Shown here: one piece after another, positions 37,836 to 51,409 of the stretch
Numbering within the stretch: position 1 is the stretch's first letter
Layout: the number at the start of each line of letters is the position of its first letter
Source: the human T2T-CHM13v2.0 reference genome, Homo sapiens
Length of the DNA stretch: 64,000 nucleotides
Assembly: GCF_009914755.1 (NCBI RefSeq)
Contig: NC_060939.1
Strand: one strand, 5' to 3'
Made by a program: the position numbers and the translations under genes
The notes under the pieces: model-generated
Databases searched by the model: none
The model's input: only the letters and a program-made list of their open reading frames with translations
Told to the model about the DNA's origin: nothing

Positions 37836-37887
37836 GCGCGGGGCAGGGCGACGGGCAGCGCGGGGCAGGGCGACGGGCAGCGCGGGG
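37836..37887 (+). repeat. 22-bp GC-rich tandem repeat, about 2.4 copies
   Basis: (GCGCGGGGCAGGGCGACGGGCA)x2 + GCGCGGGG. Confidence 0.9.
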
Positions 37888-38201
37888 ACGCGAATCCCCA
37901 ACTCCTGCGCCCAAGACGAAGGACCCGGTCTCGACCTCCCCATCACCCGGCGCGTACCAGCGCCCGCTCAGTGACTCCCAGGTTTGGTGGTGGCTAGGGG
38001 TGGGAGGTGAGCCGAAAGGGAAAAAGCCACCCCACCCAAGTCGCCGCCGGGCTGGAGCCAGTCTGCGCGGGTTCCGAGTCCCCGGCGACGGCGCCAGCCC
38101 TCTCCGCTCGCCCGCGCGGTGTTCTCGCCGGCAGCCCCTCCGGACCCCGCGCCCCTTCTCGGGCGCCCGTCCCTCCGGAGCCCTAACGCCTGTGCGCGTA
38201 C

Positions 38202-38280
38202 CTGGCAGCAGAGACAGCAGCAGCAGCAGCAGCCGCGGCGGCGACAGCGCCAGGGGCAGCGAGAGCGGGCCAGAGCCCAT
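38202..38280 (-). CDS. CHRNA3: nAChR alpha3, exon 1 coding part (signal peptide MGSGPLSLPLALSPPRLLLLLLSLLP)
   Basis: ccagccATGG Kozak context, (CTG)6 leucine run, CCAG|gtacgc donor, inside a CpG island. Confidence 0.96.
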
Positions 38281-38816
38281 GGCTGGTGGCCGGGCTGGCC
38301 GCGGACCCGGACGGTCGGGAGCGGGCGCGGCGGTCGCAGAGACGGCCTCTCCCCGCGCGGCTCCAGCGCAGACCCCAGACCTGGAGCCGTGCGGGCGGAG
38401 ACGCGCGGGGCTCCTCTCCGCTTCGCCGCCGCTGGGTTTCCAGCGCCCTCGGACCCGCGGGAGGACAGGAACCATCCGGAGTGAAGCTGCGCCAGGCGCG
38501 GGCGGGCGTGCGCGGGGCGGGGCGTACGTGCGGTAGGGGAAGGGGCTCCAGGTCCCAGTCCCCAGCGCCGGGCGAGCTCCTTCTCCGCCGGGCTGGGTGC
38601 TCCGGCCGGCGGCGTCCGACCAGATCTGAGCAGGTGCTGTCACCACCACCAGGAAGGAGAGGGACTCAGTTTCTGTCCCAGGTTTCCGGGGCGTGTGCAG
38701 CTCCCGCAGGGGGTTGGGACCACCGGGCTAGGCGGGCGCCGTAGGAGAGACGCTAACACACCCTGGGAAGGACGCCTTGTGTATCTCATGCTATTAAATA
38801 ATTGTTAAATATTTTA

Positions 38817-39149
<333 letters not shown>

Positions 39150-39304
39150 TTAAGTCCTTATAGCTTAGGGGTGGGTGGAAGTTAGTTGAAACAATATTGG
39201 CTATGAGTTGATAATTGTCGAGGCAGGATGATGGTACCTGGAGGTTTGTTATACTGTTCTCTTAACTTTGGAATACGTTTGGATTGTTCCTTAATGAAAA
39301 ATTT

Positions 39305-39545
39305 TTTGGGGTGATCAGACCCAACCCCAGGCCATGGGGGTGACAAAGTCAGGCGGAGTCAAAAGAATGAGAAAAGACAAGAGAGAAAGCGGGACCAGGC
39401 GGCCAACGTATGGAGGCTACGAAGGCCCCCAGCTGTGGGAGCCCACGCTATTTATTGGTGATCAAAGAAACAGGTGGTGAGGATGTGGGGGTTGAAAGGA
39501 AGCGGTGTATCAAGCAAATGAACTACAGCTGTGACGGTAGTTCAC
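39305..39545 (-). mobile_element. Truncated ERVK-class LTR (LTR22-like), 3' half
   Basis: reverse strand contains AATAAA and ends ...GGTCTGATCACCCC; family recognised from memory. Confidence 0.5.
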
Positions 39546-40014
39546 CTCCCATCCCAAAGTGCTGGGATTACAGGCGTGAGCCACTGTGTGCAGCCTCATC
39601 TGCTCTTCTGATGGAGCAATCTGAGAGGGCAATGGGGTTCCCACCCTAGTCCCCTGCAGAACCTGTCCCTTTCCCCGCCACCATCTGCAACCCCAAGAAT
39701 GTGCACTGATTGGCCAGGCAGGGTGCCCTGGAGCCTCCTGCCCTCTCTGACCACCCACCAGGGATGGGGGGCACCTTGATGTTGGCTTCTTTGACATCCT
39801 TTTATTGCAGGAGGAAGTTCTGTCATAAACTCTCCTCCTGGCATTCAGCAAATGGAGAGTCACCTTTATTATTTCCAGAATGTGCTGTTTACCCATATTA
39901 AAACCAAACAAAAGGAGACAGTTTGTGGAATGGAAAATGTAAGAATTGGGACCCACCTCTCAGGCCTCCAATTACAGCATTCTCAACTCTTGGCAAATGT
40001 CCCCCATTGGGACA

Positions 40015-41320
<1,306 letters not shown>

Positions 41321-41579
41321 GAATTTTTTAGAACATCCTCCTCCATTCCACAAATATTTTGAGTGCCTACTACATGCCAGGCACTGTGCAAAAGGCAGTA
41401 TGTGCGAGGAGTGAATCAGAGCATCCGTGTGGGAGACAGACCTGAACCCAGCCATGAGAGAGAAGTGGAAAGTGACCAGCACCGCAGTCATGGAGGAGCA
41501 GGTCATGCCTTTCAGATGGGGGAACTAGGGATGGCTGCTCAGAGGAGGGGCATCTGGACTTGAAGGAGGGGTAGGAGCC

Positions 41580-41950
41580 ATTCATTCATTCAACAAACAT
41601 TTATTGAGCACCTACTGTGTGCCAAGCTCTGTCCTAGGCCCTGGGGATACTACCACGAATGTGAAGGAGCAGGTCCCTGTTCTCATGGAGCTCACACTCT
41701 AGTGGGTGAGCTGTGGATGACATACATGCCACCAGATAAGAGCGACAGGTACAGAGGAGTGCTCGAGGAAGGAGGCAGGGTAACGTGACTGTAGGGAGGC
41801 TGCTTTAGAATGATTGGGTGGTTAGGGAAGGCCTCTCAGAGGAGGTGACATTGGAGCAAAGAATGGATTGGAGCCATGCCCTGACTGATGTGGCTGTGGA
41901 AAGAGCTTGGGAAGCCCTGGGGGAAGAGGAAGAAGGTTCAGGTAGAAGAT
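41580..41950 (-). mobile_element. L2 3' end
   Basis: TTCATTCATTCAACAAACATTTATTGAGCACCTACTGTGTGCC. Confidence 0.8.
41600..41605 (-). terminator. Probable CHRNB4 poly(A) signal AATAAA (within an L2 3' end)
   Basis: minus strand CTCAATAAATGTTTGTTGAATGAATGAA, about 1 kb past the CHRNB4 stop. Confidence 0.5.
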
Positions 41951-41956
41951 AGGGAA

Positions 41957-42181
41957 GGCCAGGCATAGTGGCTCACACTTGTAATCCTAGCACTTTGGGA
42001 GGCCGAGGCAGGTGGGTCATTTGAGGTCAGGAGTTCGAAATCAGCCTGGCCAACAAAAATACAAAAATTAGCTGGGCACGGTGGCGGCTTTCTGTAATCC
42101 CAGCTACTTGGGAGGTTGAGGCAGGAGAATCACTTGAGCCTGGGCGATATAGCAAGACTCCGTTTAAAAGAAAAAAAAAAA
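41957..42181 (+). mobile_element. Internally deleted Alu in the CHRNB4 3'UTR
   Basis: two internal deletions (GGCCAACA^AAAATAC; GAGCCTGGG^CGA). Confidence 0.85.
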
Positions 42182-42606
42182 GATGATGATATGGCAAATG
42201 CCAAGCCTCTGAGCTGGGAAGAATCTAGAAGTGTGTGAGGAACTGGACAAGGGGAAGTGGAGAGAGATGGTGATGGAGAGGCAGGCCGGCACCATGCCTG
42301 AAGCATAGTAGGTGCTGCTACGAAGTCATCTTTATCCCCATTGCCCGGTGCAGGGAAGGAAGACAGGCCAGAATTGAACTGTCTGAAGCTCCCTCCTACT
42401 GGGGCTTCCTGGGATCCCTCCAAGGCATTCAGAGAGGACAGCCCAGGCCCCCATCCTTGCCTGTTCCACGGCTGTGGCTGGTTTGATGGGGTTGATGGCC
42501 AATGCTCACATATTTACTTAGGGCCTCATCGGCCACAACCCAGAAAGAAGCAGCAAAGTGCCCACCCGGCCACTCACATCCTCTCACCCCACAACCCAGG
42601 GGGCCC

Positions 42607-42765
42607 TCAGTCACGCTGGGCAGCGTAGGGCCCCTCAGAAGCTGCATGGGTCTGGAAGAGGGGCGGTAGGAAGAGCCCCACAGTGCCCAGGACGCACACA
42701 AACATGAACACCCACAGGAACAGCCGGTCCACCACCATAGCCACGTACTTCCAGTCCTCAACGAC
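42607..42765 (-). CDS. CHRNB4: nAChR beta4, exon 6 coding part (TM4, stop)
   Basis: gcctgcag|GTCGTT = [18 protein letters not shown]...YAAQRD TGA. Confidence 0.97.
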   Translation of the reverse strand, partial: VVEDWKYVAMVVDRLFLWVFMFVCVLGTVGLFLPPLFQTHAASEGPYAAQRD

Positions 42766-43813
42766 CTGCAGGCAGACAGAGGAGTTGGTCACAGGTGCCA
42801 AGTACTGGGGTCCCTCCTTTCCCCGAGTCAGGCCCTTACTCTCTGGCCAGGGACTCCACAGGCCACAGGCGTGGAACTGCATACTAGGGGGGCAAGTTCT
42901 GAGTCCCAGGCTGGCCTCCCAGCTGGGCAGCTCTGAGCCTCTCTGGCTGTTCTCCACCTCCACCCCTGCCTGTCCCCCACAGCGTTGGAGGGGCACTGGG
43001 AACTTGGGCTGTACAGAAAAGCTAGGAATGTGAGGGCTTGTTAATACTACATATTATGATTTGAAAACAAAATCTGGTTATACATAGGAGATAGGGCCTG
43101 AGGATCTCAAAGCCCCAACTTCTCATTTTTACCCCAAACTCACTGCCTGAGCTGGTTCTAGCTAAAGAAAGAACTAGGTGGCTCCCACCTAGTTCAGTGA
43201 GAGCAGAGAAACCGGGGCTTACAGAACACCTGGAAATCCTGCTGTTTAATTTGTTCAAGTCTGTTCACAGCAGTGTCTGTTTCCTGTAATTAAGACCCAG
43301 CCTCCTCCTGCTGCATCATTCAGGTCTCTCTGGTCTTCTTAGATCCTGCTGCGGGGTGTGAGGTTGGCAGAGACCTGGCTGGCCTCCAGAGGGGCCACCA
43401 GAGATGGGCCTGTCTCCTTTGCACTGGGGGAGAACCTAGAGAAACGCCTGTGTGCCCAGGGTCCTGGCCTCCCTCGCCGATGCCTGCTTTCACACCCCTA
43501 GGCCTGGCTGGCTCACACTGCATTCATTCCCTGGCAGAGACGGGCTGGATCAGAAGGCTTCGGAGATCAGCAGAGGCTCTGGAGTTGGAAATGTGGGCAG
43601 CAACGGGCATGCTGACGTCAGTGACCCAGTTTGTCAAGGCCCTGTCAATGGTGTACCTAACGTGCAGGCTAATCCTGTGTCAAGCCAACCCCGACACCTG
43701 CAACCAAGCACGCCTGCACCTGTCCCCAAGACTCAGCAGGCACACACAGCTCTCTCCACAGAGCACTCCTTGGCTTTCCTGGGTTTCTTTTTAACAGCCC
43801 TAATTTCAAGCGG

Positions 43814-43815
<2 letters not shown>

Positions 43816-43861
<46 letters not shown>
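43816..43861 (+). repeat. (GT)23 microsatellite
   Basis: perfect dinucleotide run. Confidence 0.95.
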
Positions 43862-43864
<3 letters not shown>

Positions 43865-45361
43865 TCCCCCTTTTAATATTTTTGTGCTATTTATAGTGAC
43901 CAGTTAATCAGGGTGGGTAAAAGTACTGAAGATGAGAAGCGGCGTGGGCTGGCTTAGGGGCAGGCATGCTCTAGAAGGGAAGAAAGCCTCTTTTCTCCAA
44001 CCATCCATAAGAAAGTCAATCAACCAATAAGCCGGCCATGTGCTCAGTGCAGGGCAAGAAACTAGGAAGGGCAAGAAAGTTTAAGGATGACAGGCAGATC
44101 TGGGTACAGAGCCTGGGCCAGCTGTTTGACACTGGCCAAGTCAGTGAACCTCTCTGAGCTTCGCTTTGAAAGCCTCCTTATTGTAAATGGGGGTTCTACT
44201 AAAAGCCACTTCACAGGATTCCAGGGAGGGTTAGCAGTAATGTATGTCAGCTCCCAGCAGAGCACCTGATGTGTGATTGGAGCTTAATGAACACTGGTGA
44301 TTATAATAACTGGTCCTGCCTGGCTCCTTCCCTTAAGAGGCTTGTAATTAATTGAGCTAGAAAGAGCAGAAGGCACGTGAGTGCCAAGGGGGTGGTGAGG
44401 TCTTCAGAAGAGTTCAGGGTGGGTGCCGGCTCAGCCAGGGATGCAGGAGACCAGTACTTCTCAATCTAGAATGTGCACACGAACCACCAGGGATTGGTTA
44501 AAAATGCAGGCTCCAATATGTCTCCGCCAGAGATCCTGGCTCAGTCAGAAAGGGTGGTCCCACAGTGTTGCCCACGTGGTTCTCACTTAGCCAGCAGGGC
44601 CCCAGGCTGCACATTAATGATTGGGAACCAATGAATTAGGTGATGCTGACCTACAGAATGATTTAACCTAAGTAATAGCGTGATCGAATTAACGTTTTAG
44701 AAAGTGAAATCTGAGAGTCCTATAGAGCTGTGCTTCTCAAACTGCAATGGGTCTGGGAATCTCCTGGGGACCTGGTTAAAATGCAGGTTTGGAGCTAGCA
44801 GGTCTGGATTGGGGCCTGAGACTCTGCATTTCCGATAAGCTCGCAGGCGATGCCGGTGCTGCTGGTCCAAGAACTACACCAGAAGAATATCTCATGTCCT
44901 ATATTCCATTTGTTTGCATTTCTCTTCTTTTCTTGGCACAGTGTGATTCTGGGGCTGTTCCTGCTCTTTTCTCTGTGGGCTAACTAATGGAATGCCAGCG
45001 CTTCTCCTTGAGAATGCAGCGAGTGGAAAGCAATCTCAAAACGGTAAGAATGAGACGTCCACTTTTGTCCATGCAGCTGCACAGGGGCAGACACCATGTT
45101 GCATAGTAAAAACCTGTCCAAAGAATCTGATCTGAAGGTGTTAATATGAGAACATTCACAAGAGCATGAAACTTGCTCTCCCTCCTGGTATGGAAATGGG
45201 TGTGAAAATTTGTCACCACCACATTCTGTGTTGTTACTATGACATTGTCCTTAGAAGTGTTATTTATTCAAAGGAGTCATGTGAAATACCCAGACTCCAG
45301 CACTCATTGCTTTATCCTGTGAAAGTAAATTAAACCTCTTTTTAAAAAATCCGTAATTCTA

Positions 45362-45665
<304 letters not shown>

Positions 45666-46444
45666 ATCTGTAATTCTAGTTAGCACAATCGATTAATTCA
45701 TTACCCTGGTAATCATAGTATTTTTACTGATGTTCCTATAGCCCTGGAAGCTATAAGTGCTTGAATGGCTTCTTTGCAAGTCTGAACAGAATAGGGCAGA
45801 TGCGCTTGGTACCCCAGCCCGCCTGTGTTCCCTAAAGCCTGCAGAGTCACTTCCCAGCCTTCCATTTCTGGCACCCGCATTTCCTCTCTCCTCTGCCTCA
45901 GGGCTTTCTCCAGCACCAAGGGTGCTTGTTCTGGCAGGCTGGCATTACCTGGAAGCACAGGAGAGTTAAAGTCCTGGGGCTACCCTCATCCTTTAGGGAA
46001 TGGGGGCTGGTGGGTAAATACCTCAGCCTCCTTCCAGGGGGGTGATCCTGAGGCTTGTTCCCACGGGTCTGCAAGGGTACTGAGTCCCGGGTACCCACGG
46101 CAGTATCCTGCTCATTCATTCTCCTTTCCCTGTCTCACTTTCCCTCCTTCCTCACTGTGCTTCCCAGGATCACATCTCAAGTAAACCACCTGCACCCAAG
46201 TCCCCATCTTGGCGTTTGCTTCTGGGACACCTAAAACAAACAAACTAAATCACTGGCACGTCCTTCCTCTCCCCGGATGCATGAAGCTATAATATTTAAC
46301 ACAAACTCATTTCAATTTTGGATTCCTTATTCAGAGTTTGAGAGTCCTTGTCTCCTATGAATTAACTGCAGGAAGTGGGAAGCTGGTGCTACTATCTGAG
46401 CCCTTTCTGTTGGGCAGGTGGGCAGGGGCTGGTTAGCAACTTAC

Positions 46445-47423
46445 ACTCTGGTCTTCATCGTCATTCTTCATGTGCTGGGCGATGAAGCTGACACCTTCTA
46501 ATGCCTCCTGCACATCCTGTCGGAACCTCCCAGAGGACCGCAGCCAGAAATCCCTGGGGATAGCCACCGGGGTAGAGCCGGCTGGAGACTTGGAAGCTGC
46601 AGAGGCGGGGTTCACAAAGTACATGGAGTTCCCATAGAAGTTGGAGGGGCTGGTGGAGGTGGCGGTGGCCTCGGGCTTGGTCACGCATGACTTGCTGGGC
46701 GGGAAGGCTCTGGCCGGGCTGCTGTCGGGGCCAGGGCGCTTCATGAAGAGGAAGGTAGGCAGCTTGTGCAGGAAGCAGCGCTTGACCCAGGGTGCCATGG
46801 TGTGGGTGCTGGGCGAGCGGTGGTGCACATTGAGCACACAGACGCTGGTGACGATGGAGAAGGTGACCAGCACCATGGTGAACATGAGGTACTTGCCGAT
46901 GAGAGGCACATCGAGGGAGGTGGGTGGCACGATCTTGGAGATGAGCAGCAGGAAGAATGTCAGTGCCAGCAGCACTGAGATGCACAGTGTCATCTTCTCG
47001 CCGCAGTCGGATGGCAGGTAGAAGACGAGGATGGCCAGCAAGGTGGTGAGCACGCAGGGGATGATGAGGTTGATGGTGTAGAACAGAGGCTTGCGCTTGA
47101 TGATGAAGTCGTAAGTCACGTCCACGTAGCTGGGGTCTTGTGGGTTCACTGTCCTTCTCCCTGGGAGGGCCACTATGTCCCACTCACCACTGGGAGTAAA
47201 GTCATCCATGCTGGCTGTGGGCGTCATGAGGACCATGTCTATCTCCGTGTGGTCATAGGTCCAGGAGCGGAACTTGAGGGTGCAGTTCTGCTGGTCGAAG
47301 GGAAAGTACTTCACCTCAATCTTGCAGGCGCTCTTGTAGATGGCAGGGGGCAGCCACAGGACGCTGCCGTTGGACCGGACTATCAAGTTGGTGTAGACAG
47401 ACACCTCATAGGTCCCGTCGGCG
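46445..47423 (-). CDS. CHRNB4: nAChR beta4, exon 5 (979 nt: Cys-loop, TM1-3, cytoplasmic loop)
   Basis: ORF 46433..47494, [15 protein letters not shown]; gcccag|CGCCGA and AGT|gtaagt. Confidence 0.98.
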
Positions 47424-47605
47424 CTGGGCAGGGTCAGGGCATGGAGAACATCGTGAAACCCATACACAAAACCTGGCCTGTTCTCAGAACTCACTGAAGA
47501 GCCCTTTGGGATTATTTCCCACTAATCACCCTTCCAATCCCCCAGGCCCTCACTGAAAGGAGGGGTCTGCTTTTGTTAGCAACTATGTGGTGGAGAGAGC
47601 CCTAA

Positions 47606-47915
<310 letters not shown>

Positions 47916-48553
47916 CATCAAGCACTCTTAAGGCTTCCCATGGAATAGCTCATTTAAGCCTCTCAGTAGTCCAGTGAGGCAGGTTTTATTATTATCCCCA
48001 TTCTACAGATGGGAAAGCCAAAGCCCAAAGAGGTTAAGTGACTTCTTCAAGGTCAGAAAACTTGTAAGCAGGACAGCTGAGATTTGAACTCAGGTCTGTC
48101 TGTCCCCAGACCACACACTTTGAGCCATTTCAAGCTACTGCTGGTGTAATCACGACTCAGGAAAAGTCTCTTTGGCTTCCTCCACCTGCCTAAGATATTT
48201 ACACACAGTAAGTCAGTGGTACCAACACCAACACTGGCAAAGCAACAGAGGCTCAAAAGGATAGTATGGAACACAGAAAGGGTGCTGGGTTCAAGGTCAG
48301 GACACTGCTGTGGTCCCAGCTCTGCTTCAGTGAATCAGACAAGGTCCCTCCCCTCCCTCAGCCTCCAACTCCCCATCTGTAACTGAGGGCTCTGGCTCTG
48401 CTCACCTCTGTTTCTCTTCTAGCTTGATGGCCTGGAAGGCTGGGTAAAGCAGAGATGGGGCTCAGGGTTGGACTCAGGCCTGGATGACTCTTAGGGCTGG
48501 GCCTGCTGCCCTGGCCTGGCTGTCACCAGGCCTCCACCAACCCTGCCACTCAC

Positions 48554-48663
48554 TTGTTGTAAAGCACGATGTCAGGCAACCAGATGCGCTTTGCAGGGAT
48601 CCTCAGGATGTTCACACCCTCGTAGCGGGAGCTGTTCCAGGTCAGGCGGTAATCAGTCCATTC
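48554..48663 (-). CDS. CHRNB4: nAChR beta4, exon 4 (110 nt, [16 protein letters not shown]...WLPDIVLYN)
   Basis: tgtccag|GAATGG...AACAA|gtgagt. Confidence 0.97.
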
Positions 48664-48765
48664 CTGGACAGACAGGCAAGGCCCTGTCACTTGCAGGTCC
48701 ACTGCCACCAAAGGGCAGCCCTAAAGAAAAGATCTCTGGGGCTCAGGGCCCTTCAGGGCACTTAC

Positions 48766-48810
48766 CTGTTTCAGCCAGACATTGGTGGTCATGATCTGCT
48801 CTCGCTCATT
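48766..48810 (-). CDS. CHRNB4: nAChR beta4, exon 3 (45 nt, NEREQIMTTNVWLKQ)
   Basis: ctccccag|AATGAG...AAACAG|gtaagt. Confidence 0.97.
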
Positions 48811-49603
48811 CTGGGGAGGGAAACGGGGCTATCAGTTCACCAGGAAGGAGGAGCCTCACAAATGGATTGCACTTTATTGTGCAAAAGGCTGTGAGCTCCA
48901 GGCCCACGTGACCAACTGCCACCCCAACATCTCTTGGATGGCCCAAAGGCATGTCACACTCAGCATGTTTGACACAAAGCTCATGATCTTCCCCAGAACC
49001 TGGTCCTCCTTTGGCTTCATTGTCTCAGTGAATGGCACCCCTAGCCATCCAGTTCCACAAGCCAGAAGCGTGGACACTGTCTCTGACACTTTGCTCTCTG
49101 ATCCATCAATAAGTCTTGTAAGTTATATCTTCTAAAGCAACTCATATTTGTCTGCTTCTCTCCACCGCCACCATCATCTGTCACTTAGACTACCGCAGGA
49201 GCCCCCTAACTGGTCTTCCTGCTCTGTCCTGGCCTGCCTTTAGTCTATTCTCTACATGGTAGCCAGGGTGATCCCTTTACAATCTCAATCCCTTCTACTA
49301 ATTGTTCTGCTGCCACATCTCATCCAAAGTAAAAGCCAAAGTTCTGCTTAGAGTCCACAAGGCCCTAGTGATCTGCCTCCCCACCACCCCTCATCCCATT
49401 AGCTCTATGACCTCTTATCTCAACACTCCGCCATTTGCTCATTCCACTTCCCCTGCACTGCCTCTTTGCTCCTGCACACACTGTTCCCTTTTCCTGGAAA
49501 CCCCCTGGGATGCTTCCACACTTTATTCTGTTATCAGAAATGTCATCCTATCTGAGAAATCTTCCCTGACCTACATAAAATAGCACCTCGGTCCCTGCCC
49601 TGC

Positions 49604-50031
49604 CTTCTCTTTTTCTTTCTTTCTTTCTGTCTTCCTTTTCTTTTCTTTTCTTTCTCTTTCTTTCTTTCTTTCTTTCTTTCTTGCTTTCTTTCTTTCTTTC
49701 TCCCTTTCTTTCTTTTCTTTCGTGTGTGTGTGTGTGTGTATTTCTTGAGACAGGGTCTCACTCTGTCACCCAGGCTGGAGGGCAGTGGTGTGATCTTTGC
49801 TCACTGCAACCTCCACCTCCCAGGCTCAAGCGATCCTCCCACCTCAGGCTCCTGAGTAGCTGGGACTACAGGCACAGGCCACCATACCTGGCTAAATTTT
49901 AAAAAATTTTTTGTGGAGATGGGGATTCATCATGATGCCCAGGCTGGTCTCAAATTCCTGAGCTAAAGTGATCCATGCATCTCAGCCTCCCAAAGTGCTG
50001 GCATTACAGGTACAAGCCACCTCACCCAGTC
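49604..50031 (-). mobile_element. AluJ with an expanded (TTTC)n/(TG)n tail, inside an L2 (about 48920-50640)
   Basis: compound STR at 49604-49740 then a reverse Alu. Confidence 0.85.
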
Positions 50032-51023
50032 TCCTTATTTTTTTTTCGTAGCATTTCTCACCCCTAAACACCATCTATCTATCTGTGTATTGTCTGCCAC
50101 CTCCCACTAGAATCTAATGGCTATGAGAAAATAAGGCAGATAGAAGAGTATGTAACATGTTGGATACTCCATAAATATTTTTTGAATATACAGGAATCCT
50201 ACCATAATAATCCAGGCCACCATAATCCATGTCTCACCTGGACCATGTAAGACCCTCCTAACTGGCCTATGTTCATTCTGTACACCACCACCACCGCCAC
50301 CATACACACACATACATCTCTTCTTCGTACGCAGCCCAAATAAACCTTCCAAAGTTCCTGTCATTTCCTCCCTCAATTTTATCCCTGTTTAGATTAATTC
50401 CTTGGCTTCCTTCACCTACAGAATAAAAATCTTGCTCCTTCGCAGGGTCTACGGGGCCTTGCCAGGTTTCCCAGCCTCACTTCACCTCCCTATGTCCCTC
50501 TGTTCTGTCCTCCAGCCCCCTGGCCTTCTTTAGTACTTTGGATAAGTCTTGTGTTCTCAGTCTGTACAATTTTGGTGCCTCTCCTTTATCAAGATAACTT
50601 CCAGCATACTGATCTCACTTTGGGAGTCATTTCCTCAAGGAACCTACAACTAGATAAGATTATCAGTAAGATAAGGTTTGGCTGCCAGTAACAGTGATCC
50701 AGAGTAACACAGGCTTAAATAAAGTAGAAATTCATGTCCCTCTCATGTTAACACTTTAGACATATATGGCAGTTCTGCTCTACAAAGTTCTGATAGGTAC
50801 CCAGATTCTTTCCAACTTTCTTCTCCACCATACCTAGAGTGTGGCCCTCATAAGAATGGATCAAAATAACTGTTGGAGCTCTAACCACAAATTCCACATT
50901 CCAGGCTGTTGGTGGGAAGGGAGGAGGGAGAAGAAGAATGCATGGCAATTTGTCTCATTTTGATTAGAATATTTAGGCCATTTACATTTAATGTAGTTAC
51001 TGATATATTTGGGCTCAAACTTA

Positions 51024-51409
51024 CCCCCTGAGCTTCCACAGCATCAGATCTGCCCCCCTGCATACCCCCGATCTCTTGCCAAGTGGCATTTGGGTCTTTA
51101 TGTCATTTTCCTCACATGTCTGGGAGTAAAGACGAGGTTCAGGGACTTGAGCTTGTGTACTCTGGTGTCTTCCAGGAGAATGTGTCAAGTACAGGGGAGA
51201 TGGCTTGGAAAGAGGAAGACTCAGAGGAGAGTCAAGGACATCAAAACAGGCAAGCCCAGGAGCAGGAAAAGAGATGAGAGTCAGCAGAGGAAACAGTGCT
51301 GGGGCAGGGGAGCAGGTGGAAGGGTCAGGGAATAAGGGGGGCTGGAGAGGTGGGGGTGGGGATGCTGGCGAGGGAGTGCCTGGCTCACCAGACTCTGGAG
51401 TCAATGACA
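51024..51409 (+). repeat. Copy 1 of a 386-bp local direct duplication
   Basis: ungapped match to 54594-54979, about 87% identity by manual count. Confidence 0.92.

Larger units (their letters stand above)
37370..38760 (-). promoter_or_regulatory. CHRNA3 CpG island / TATA-less promoter with clustered GC boxes at about 38499-38525
   Basis: very high GC and CpG density; GGGCGGGCGTGCGCGGGGCGGGGCG about 220 bp upstream of the ATG. Confidence 0.85.

Noticed and set aside
38302-38312. GACAGCGCC-type RE1/NRSE half sites (38243-38251 and elsewhere near exon 1)
   Set aside because: No full TTCAGCACC-nn-GGACAG spacing was found; half sites are expected by chance in GC-rich DNA.
37273-38744. Long overlapping ORFs (up to 378 aa) around CHRNA3 exon 1, and similar ones at 57986-58990
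   Set aside because: Stop codons are depleted in GC-rich CpG islands; the translations are low-complexity Pro/Arg/Gly with no domain similarity.
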